A stretch of 64,000 nucleotides of DNA from Longimicrobiales bacterium (GTDB lineage Bacteria > Gemmatimonadota > Gemmatimonadetes > Longimicrobiales > Gaopeijiaceae), in NCBI GenBank assembly GCA_965204735.1, contig OZ242008.1:3168001-3232000 (forward strand), read 5' to 3'. Under the pieces are notes generated by a model. That model was not told the DNA's origin and searched no databases. It was given only the letters and a program-made list of their open reading frames with translations. The stretch's first letter is position 1. Each line of letters opens with the position of its first letter. This document shows positions 58,461 through 64,000 of the stretch, one piece after another. The position numbers and the translations under genes were made by a program.

Positions 58461-58811
58461 GTGAACACGAACAAGAAGACGGGCCTCTTCCTGGCGGTCG
58501 TCGCCCTGGCCTCCTGCTCGGATCCGGTGGGGACGCCCGAAGACGTCGGCGCCGTCACAGGCCTCGTCGTGATCGGCAGCGTGCCTGCGCCGAACGTGCA
58601 GGTTGCGCTGGACGGGAGCACGGTCCGATCCACCGACGCCTCCGGCAAGTACCGGTTCGTGGACCTGACCGTGGGCGACAGCTACGGAGTGGCGGTCGTG
58701 GCCAGCACGCTTCCGGAGCATGTGGAGATGCATGTGGCGGAGCATCAGGTCACGGTGCCCGAAAGCCGCGTGGCGTACGCAAACTTCTTCGGGAGCCGCA
58801 AGCAGCCGTAG
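58461..58811 (+). CDS. Small lipoprotein with carboxypeptidase-regulatory-like (Ig-like) domain
   Basis: GAGGAG RBS, GTG; LASC lipobox; STDASGKYRFVDL. Confidence 0.7.
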   Translation: MNTNKKTGLFLAVVALASCSDPVGTPEDVGAVTGLVVIGSVPAPNVQVALDGSTVRSTDASGKYRFVDLTVGDSYGVAVVASTLPEHVEMHVAEHQVTVPESRVAYANFFGSRKQP

Positions 58812-58902
58812 TAGTCCCGGTCGCTCTCGCCGGGGAACCGGCGGGACGCGGAGCGCCCGCCGACGGGCGACCAACCAAGAACAACAACAGAAAGAGAAGA
58901 AG

Positions 58903-59319
58903 ATGACGAAGACGAAGAGAGCATGGAGCGCGGCGATGATCTGCGTCGCTCTGATCCAGGTGGGCGGGTGTTCCTACATCGCGCACTCGGAGCCGGCCCG
59001 CGGAGGCCCCGAGGACGCTTTCTGCACGCCGTCCAGGGTGCCCCACACCGTGGACGCCGCCGCAGCGCTTCTCGCTCCACTGGCCGGCATGGCGGTCGGG
59101 TTTCTTGCGCCGAGCGCCGAGGAGAACTCGCGGTGGGCTCCGCTCGCGGGCTTTGTCGCCGGCGGCGTGCTGTCGGGCGCCGTCGTCGCGCCGTCGTACA
59201 GGCACGGCACGGAAGAAGCGGCAGCGTGCCGGGCGGCGCGTCTGGCGCGCGACAGGGCCTGGACCGAGTACTGGGCGGCGCAAGACACGGCAGCCAAGCC
59301 GTCCGAGGGACAGCGCTAG
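58903..59319 (+). CDS. Small hypothetical lipoprotein/membrane protein
   Basis: MTKTKR..VGGC lipobox-like; two hydrophobic Gly/Ala-rich helices; two further Cys. Confidence 0.6.
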   Translation: MTKTKRAWSAAMICVALIQVGGCSYIAHSEPARGGPEDAFCTPSRVPHTVDAAAALLAPLAGMAVGFLAPSAEENSRWAPLAGFVAGGVLSGAVVAPSYRHGTEEAAACRAARLARDRAWTEYWAAQDTAAKPSEGQR

Positions 59320-59471
59320 GCCGAGGCCGGGATTGCCCCTCGGGGCAGGCGTCGTCGCTGCGGCAGTGCTAGCTTGGTGGACACGTGGGGGCTGCCATGC
59401 GGGCCGAAGCCCCGAGGCTGGGCTTGGCCGCAGGCTGGTCCTCGATCTGCTTGACTCGATGGAGCGGCGCC

Positions 59472-59828
59472 ATGGACGAAAGCGAGCTGCTTGATGTTCT
59501 TGCCGACGTGCGCGAGCCCGCCGTGCTGGCGACGGTGGTGGCGACGAAGGGGTCCACGCCCCGGAAGGCCGGCGCCAAGATGCTGTTGGGCAAGGACGGC
59601 TCGATCGCGGGCACCATCGGAGGCGGGTGCGGCGAGGGCGAGGTGATTGCCGCCGCCCAGGACCTCTTCGACGGCGGGCCGCCCACGACCGTCCGGATCG
59701 ACCTGACCGACGACCTGACTTCGTGGAGCCCGGCCGTGTGCGGCGGGATCATGGACGTCTTCATCGAGCGGGCCGACGCGGGCGAAGCCGCTTCCACTCG
59801 GGAAGGGTCGCCGCGAAGACGAGGGTGA
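59472..59828 (+). CDS. Stand-alone XdhC/CoxI N-terminal domain protein
   Basis: LATVVATKGSTPRKAGAKM, GTIGGGCGE, CGG.MDVFIE. Confidence 0.88.
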   Translation: MDESELLDVLADVREPAVLATVVATKGSTPRKAGAKMLLGKDGSIAGTIGGGCGEGEVIAAAQDLFDGGPPTTVRIDLTDDLTSWSPAVCGGIMDVFIERADAGEAASTREGSPRRRG

Positions 59829-60216
59829 TCGCGACGGCCGACGCCACGCAGTACCGGCACCATGCGCGGATCACGAACGCCTCGAGATAGGTGAGCCAGG
59901 CGCTGAAGAGCACGCCGGCGAGGGCGCCGCCAAAGAGAAGGAAGGCGACCGCCCGCGAGGGCGCGAAGCGCCGTTGCAAGCCCAGCGTCGCCAGCGCGAA
60001 GAGGGCCAGGTATCCGGCCACTCCGATCCCGGAGACGGGAACCGGCCCCACCCACGCCCAGCTGGAGGACTGCACGGTCCCGCAATCGCCCGAGCCGCAC
60101 TGGATCGATCCGGCCCAGCCCAGGTTGTGGGCTGCCAGGTAGAACGCGAGGAAGGCGCCGCCCAGAGACACGACGGCCACGACCATGCGGTTTCGGGGCA
60201 GGGCGGCGTCCGCCAC
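59761..60216 (-). CDS. Vitamin K epoxide reductase (VKOR) family protein
   Basis: C....C..V..S.W, TM helices, WCRYC. Confidence 0.88.
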   Translation of the reverse strand: MADAALPRNRMVVAVVSLGGAFLAFYLAAHNLGWAGSIQCGSGDCGTVQSSSWAWVGPVPVSGIGVAGYLALFALATLGLQRRFAPSRAVAFLLFGGALAGVLFSAWLTYLEAFVIRAWCRYCVASAVAITLVFAATLPEWKRLRPRRPAR

Positions 60217-60219
60217 AGG

Positions 60220-60927
60220 CTAGTTGCCCGAAGCAGCTTCCACGGCGCGCTGGACGTCGAGGAACTGGAACCCGCCCAGCTGCTGGGTCCCGCTCTCGTC
60301 GTGATGGACGAAGATCGTCGGCGTCCCGCCTACACGGAGACGCTCGCCCAGGCGCCGATTGGCCGTCACCACGTCGGCGTGGCGGCCGCTCTCCAGGCAT
60401 CCGCGGAAGGCGGCCGCGTCCAGTCCCAGGTCGTCCGCCAGACTCCTGAAGTGGCCGGCGGCGTCGCGCATTGTCGACCACCTCGCCTGGCTGCGGAAGA
60501 TGGCGTCGTGGTAGTCGTGGTAGCGGTCCTGGTCGCCGGCGCAGCGGGCCGCGCGGGCGGCGAGGAAGGCGTGGGGATGCTGGTCCAGGGGGAAGTCGTG
60601 GAACACCAGCTTCGCTTCGCCTGCGGCGATGTACGCCAGATCCAGCTGCGGCTTGACCTCGAGGGCGAAGGATCGGCAGGCGGGGCACTGGTAGTCGCCG
60701 AACTCCATGATCGTGACGGGGGCGTCCGGGTCCCCCCAGACGACTCCTTGAGCCAGGTCGATCAGCTGCTGGTCGCCGATCTCGCCCAGCTCGACGGGCG
60801 CGCTGGCCGTCTCTCCGCCGTCGCGCAGGGCGAACGCCACGACCACCACGCCGAGCACCGCCACCACTCCGATCGCCAAGTAGAACTTGGTCAGGTCGGA
60901 ACTTCCCGTTGCTCTCTTTCTTGCCAC
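60220..60927 (-). CDS. DsbA/thioredoxin-fold membrane-anchored oxidoreductase
   Basis: GDPDAPVTIMEFGDYQCPAC, DFPL, GTPT. Confidence 0.9.
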   Translation of the reverse strand: MARKRATGSSDLTKFYLAIGVVAVLGVVVVAFALRDGGETASAPVELGEIGDQQLIDLAQGVVWGDPDAPVTIMEFGDYQCPACRSFALEVKPQLDLAYIAAGEAKLVFHDFPLDQHPHAFLAARAARCAGDQDRYHDYHDAIFRSQARWSTMRDAAGHFRSLADDLGLDAAAFRGCLESGRHADVVTANRRLGERLRVGGTPTIFVHHDESGTQQLGGFQFLDVQRAVEAASGN

Positions 60928-60955
60928 GATCCCCTCGCCTTCGTGTTTCGCGGAG

Positions 60956-61699
60956 TCACGCCTTCGCGGACGCGCGGTGCGCCGCCATAGCAAGATGGGC
61001 CGGAAGGGGGCTTCCGATCAACCGCCCCGTCAGCGCCGCCGCCGCTCCGGTCGCGTCCTCGAACCCCGGCAGGAGGAGGTCCGGCGCCGCCGCCTTCAGT
61101 TCGGCCGCGGTGAAGCGCCCGGTGGCCACCGCCACGGTCGCCGCCCCCGCCGCCCGTCCGCAAGCCACGTCCCTCGGGGTGTCGCCGATCACCACGACGT
61201 CGCCCTCGAAGGATCGGCCCCAGCGGGCGGACGCGCGACGGACCGCGATCTCGGGGAGTTCGTTCCGCTCCGCGCGGTCGGAGCCGAAGGCGCCCACGGG
61301 AAAGCGCTCCCACAGCCCCGCCGAGGCGAGCTTCAGTCGGGCGCCCCCCTTCAGGTTCCCGGTGACGAGGCCCAGGGCCACGTCCTGTCGAGCCGCCAGC
61401 AGCGGGACGAGCTCGGCCACTCCAGGCAGGGGCCGTGCCGGGTCCGACGGGATCCTCCGCGCCAGCTCGGAGAGGTAGCGGTCCCAGAAGCGGGGGAGGC
61501 CGGCGTCGATCTCGTCGTTGGTCAGCCCCGCCGCATGGAGCAGTTCCCGAGCGATCCGAGGGTCGGTCTTCCCCGCGAAGTCGTGATCCGCGATCGGGCC
61601 GGCGGTGCCGAAGACGCCGGCCAGCGCGTGGCCGAAGGCGGACTTGGCCGGGCTGCCTCGAACAAGGGTTCCGTCGACGTCGAAGAGGAGGAGGCGCAA
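60956..61699 (-). CDS. HAD family hydrolase
   Basis: LLFDVDGTL, GKTD, VTGN, IGDTPRD. Confidence 0.88.
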   Translation of the reverse strand: MRLLLFDVDGTLVRGSPAKSAFGHALAGVFGTAGPIADHDFAGKTDPRIARELLHAAGLTNDEIDAGLPRFWDRYLSELARRIPSDPARPLPGVAELVPLLAARQDVALGLVTGNLKGGARLKLASAGLWERFPVGAFGSDRAERNELPEIAVRRASARWGRSFEGDVVVIGDTPRDVACGRAAGAATVAVATGRFTAAELKAAAPDLLLPGFEDATGAAAALTGRLIGSPLPAHLAMAAHRASAKA

Positions 61700-61727
61700 T
61701 GGCCGGATGGGACGCGCGGCGGCGGGG

Positions 61728-62747
61728 TCAGGCCGCCTCGGGGCCGGCCGCCAGGATCTCGCGGAGCAGGGAAGCGTCCAGGTTGCCCCCCGAGAGGACG
61801 GCGCAAACCCGGCGCCCCCGGGGCGAGACCGCGCCCGAGAGGAGCGCCGCCACCGTGGCCGCGCCCGAGTACTCCACCACCAGCTTGCGGCGCTCGATCA
61901 GGTGGGCTGCGGCGCGACGGATGGCTTCGTCGGACACCAGGACCACGTCGTCCAGGAACGAGGCGGCGCAGGCGTAGGTGAGGTCGCCGGCGCGGGTGGG
62001 CGCCAAGCCGTCGGCGATCGTGTCGGTCCGCCCCAGGGTCACGGGGCCGCCGGCGTCCAAGGCTCGCCGCATTGTGGGCGCTCCTTCGGGCTCGACCCCC
62101 ACCACCACCGCTTCAGGGCGCAGGCGGCGCATCGCAAGGCCGCAGCCGGCAGCTTGTCCCCCGCCGCCGATCGGCGTCAGCAGCATGTCGACTTCGGGCC
62201 ACTCCTCCACGACTTCCAGCGCCACGGTTCCCTGGCCCGCCACGATCCACGGGTGGTCGAAGGGCGGCACCATGACCAGCCCCTCCGCCTGGGCGATCTC
62301 CTCGGCCCGGACCCTCCGCTGCTCGGAGGTGGTTCCGGCGAACTCGACCCGCGCGCCCAGCCGTCGGGCGCCGTCGCTCTTGACCTTGGGCGCAGTGGTC
62401 GGCATCACCACGACGGAGCGCGCGCCGGCCCGCCCCGCCGCGAACGCCACGGCCTGGGCGTGGTTGCCCGAGGAGTAGGTGACCACGCCGCGGGCCAGCT
62501 CGTCGGGCGGGAGTTGGCCCAAGAAGTTGGTCGCGCCCCTGGCCTTGAAGGAGCCGGCCTTCTGGAGGGATTCGCACTTGAGCCGGACTTCGCTCGCCAC
62601 TGCTTCGGAGAGGTCGGCGTCGGGCACCAGGGGAGTCCGCGCGACGGTCCCCCGTATCCGGTCCGCCGCCGCGCGCACGTCGGCGAGAGACACGTCGGGG
62701 GTCGAAGCGGCCGCCCCGGGACCGCCGGACGACGGGGCGCCGGTCAC
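61728..62747 (-). CDS. PLP-dependent threonine/serine dehydratase
   Basis: KCESLQKAGSFKARGA, SSGNHAQ, GQGT, IGGGG, LSGGN. Confidence 0.9.
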   Translation of the reverse strand: MTGAPSSGGPGAAASTPDVSLADVRAAADRIRGTVARTPLVPDADLSEAVASEVRLKCESLQKAGSFKARGATNFLGQLPPDELARGVVTYSSGNHAQAVAFAAGRAGARSVVVMPTTAPKVKSDGARRLGARVEFAGTTSEQRRVRAEEIAQAEGLVMVPPFDHPWIVAGQGTVALEVVEEWPEVDMLLTPIGGGGQAAGCGLAMRRLRPEAVVVGVEPEGAPTMRRALDAGGPVTLGRTDTIADGLAPTRAGDLTYACAASFLDDVVLVSDEAIRRAAAHLIERRKLVVEYSGAATVAALLSGAVSPRGRRVCAVLSGGNLDASLLREILAAGPEAA

Positions 62748-64000
62748 GAAGACGCTTCCCCGCTCGCTCCGCCGGCCGAGGCCGGGCCGGAGCCGGCCTC
62801 CTCCAGGCCGTCCGCCCCCGCTTCCGCCGGCCCGGACGCCTGGGGGTCGTCCTCGTCTTCGTCGGTCGCCCCGTCGATCACCCTGGCCACGTCCACCACC
62901 ACGTCGCCTTCGTCCAAGTTGACCAAGCGCACGCCCTGGGTCGCTCGTCCGATCACGCGGAGCTCCGACACGTTCTGCCGGTTCACGACGCCCTTGCGGG
63001 TGACCACCATGAGCTGGTCGTCGTCGGTCACCGACTTCACGGCCACCACGGGTCCCGTCTTCTCGGAGGACTTCAGGTTGATCACGCCCTTGCCGCCGCG
63101 GAACTGGAAGCGGTAGTCGCCGATCTCGCTCCGCTTCCCCATCCCGTGCTCCGTCGCCACCAGCAGCGTGGCGTCGGGACGACGCACCACCACCATGCCC
63201 ACCACCTCGTCGCCCTCGTCCAGGCGTATCCCCCGCACGCCGGCGGCGGTGCGCCCCATCGGACGGGCGTCGGACTCGCGGAAGCGGATCGCCTTTCCCT
63301 TGCGGGTGGCCAGAAGCACTTCGTTGTCGCCTTCGGTGAGCTGGACGTCGATCAGGGCGTCGCCCTCCCGCACGCCGACGGCGTATATCCCCACCGCCCG
63401 CACGTTGCCGTAGGCCGACAGGGGAGTCCTCTTCACGACCCCGTTCCTGGTGCAGAAGAGGAGGAACCTGTCCTCGGGGAACTCCCGCACGGCCACCACC
63501 GACGCCACCGACTCGCCCGCGTTCAAGTCGACCAAGTTGACGATCGGCTTTCCCCGGGCCTGCCGGCTTCCTTGGGGAATGCCCCAGACCTTGACCCAGT
63601 GGCACCGGCCCCGGTCGCTGAAGACCATGAGGTAGTCGTGGGTGGAGGCGACGAAGACGTGGTCGACCCAGTCCTCCGCCTTGGTGCCCATGCCCCGCAG
63701 CCCCCGTCCTCCGCGTCGCTGGGCCCGGTAGGCGCCGATGGGGATGCGCTTCACGTAGCCCTGGCGAGAGAGGGTGATCACCACCTCTTCGTCGGCGATC
63801 AAGTCCTCCACGTCGAACGACGAGACCCCGCCCACGATCTTCGAGCGGCGGTCGTCTCCGTACTTCTCGGCGACCTCCCGCAGCTCGTCCTTGACGATGC
63901 CGAGGCGGACGCCCAGGTCGCCCAGGATCCGTTCCAGCTCGGCGATGCGTTCCCGCACCTGGGCGAGCTCCGCGTCCAGCTTCTCCATCTCCAGACCCGT
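62744..64000 (-). CDS. gyrA: DNA gyrase subunit A, C-terminal part (5' outside window)
   Basis: KYGDDRR, GyrA-box QRRGGRG, beta-pinwheel repeats, acidic tail. Confidence 0.95.
   Translation of the reverse strand, partial: TGLEMEKLDAELAQVRERIAELERILGDLGVRLGIVKDELREVAEKYGDDRRSKIVGGVSSFDVEDLIADEEVVITLSRQGYVKRIPIGAYRAQRRGGRGLRGMGTKAEDWVDHVFVASTHDYLMVFSDRGRCHWVKVWGIPQGSRQARGKPIVNLVDLNAGESVASVVAVREFPEDRFLLFCTRNGVVKRTPLSAYGNVRAVGIYAVGVREGDALIDVQLTEGDNEVLLATRKGKAIRFRESDARPMGRTAAGVRGIRLDEGDEVVGMVVVRRPDATLLVATEHGMGKRSEIGDYRFQFRGGKGVINLKSSEKTGPVVAVKSVTDDDQLMVVTRKGVVNRQNVSELRVIGRATQGVRLVNLDEGDVVVDVARVIDGATDEDEDDPQASGPAEAGADGLEEAGSGPASAGGASGEASS

Overview
GC-rich (~70%) bacterial chromosome window. Gene content (Rpn/PD-(D/E)XK paralogs, NHL-repeat proteins, a large Ig-like lipoprotein, a NamZ/NagZ cluster) suggests a Gemmatimonadota-like, possibly host-associated organism; this is inference only. 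Bases 1-7 kb are an accessory zone: three tandem Rpn-family genes, a fourth remnant, orphan Rpn C-terminal modules, and a decayed IS21 inside a quinone-oxidoreductase pseudogene. Next come a 1,303-aa mosaic surface lipoprotein, fbp, an SGNH-like protein, another Rpn remnant, a DUF4062/ATPase-like gene, hydrolases, a coiled-coil repeat gene, and an NHL/HupE/lectin/creatininase cluster. These are followed by a polyamine-type ABC transporter coupled to a glycosylation trio, hsp20 with a sigma-54-like promoter, a peptidoglycan-recycling cluster, asnB, metG, M23, a FadB/FadJ-like gene and mocA-xdhC. A PafB/PafC-like WYL pair with two divergent putative lipoprotein genes separates the xdhC modules. 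The window ends with vkor, dsbA, HAD, a dehydratase and partial gyrA. Best leads: (1) the PafBC-like pair, whose intergenic region has two back-to-back TGTCR-N11-TA-N3-T promoters with the mycobacterial PafBC spacing, one facing pafB and one facing two cassette-like genes with related leaders; (2) the Rpn array with intragenic RBS/start sites and a collection of variable or orphan C-terminal antitoxin-like modules. No rRNA, tRNA or CRISPR array was seen.
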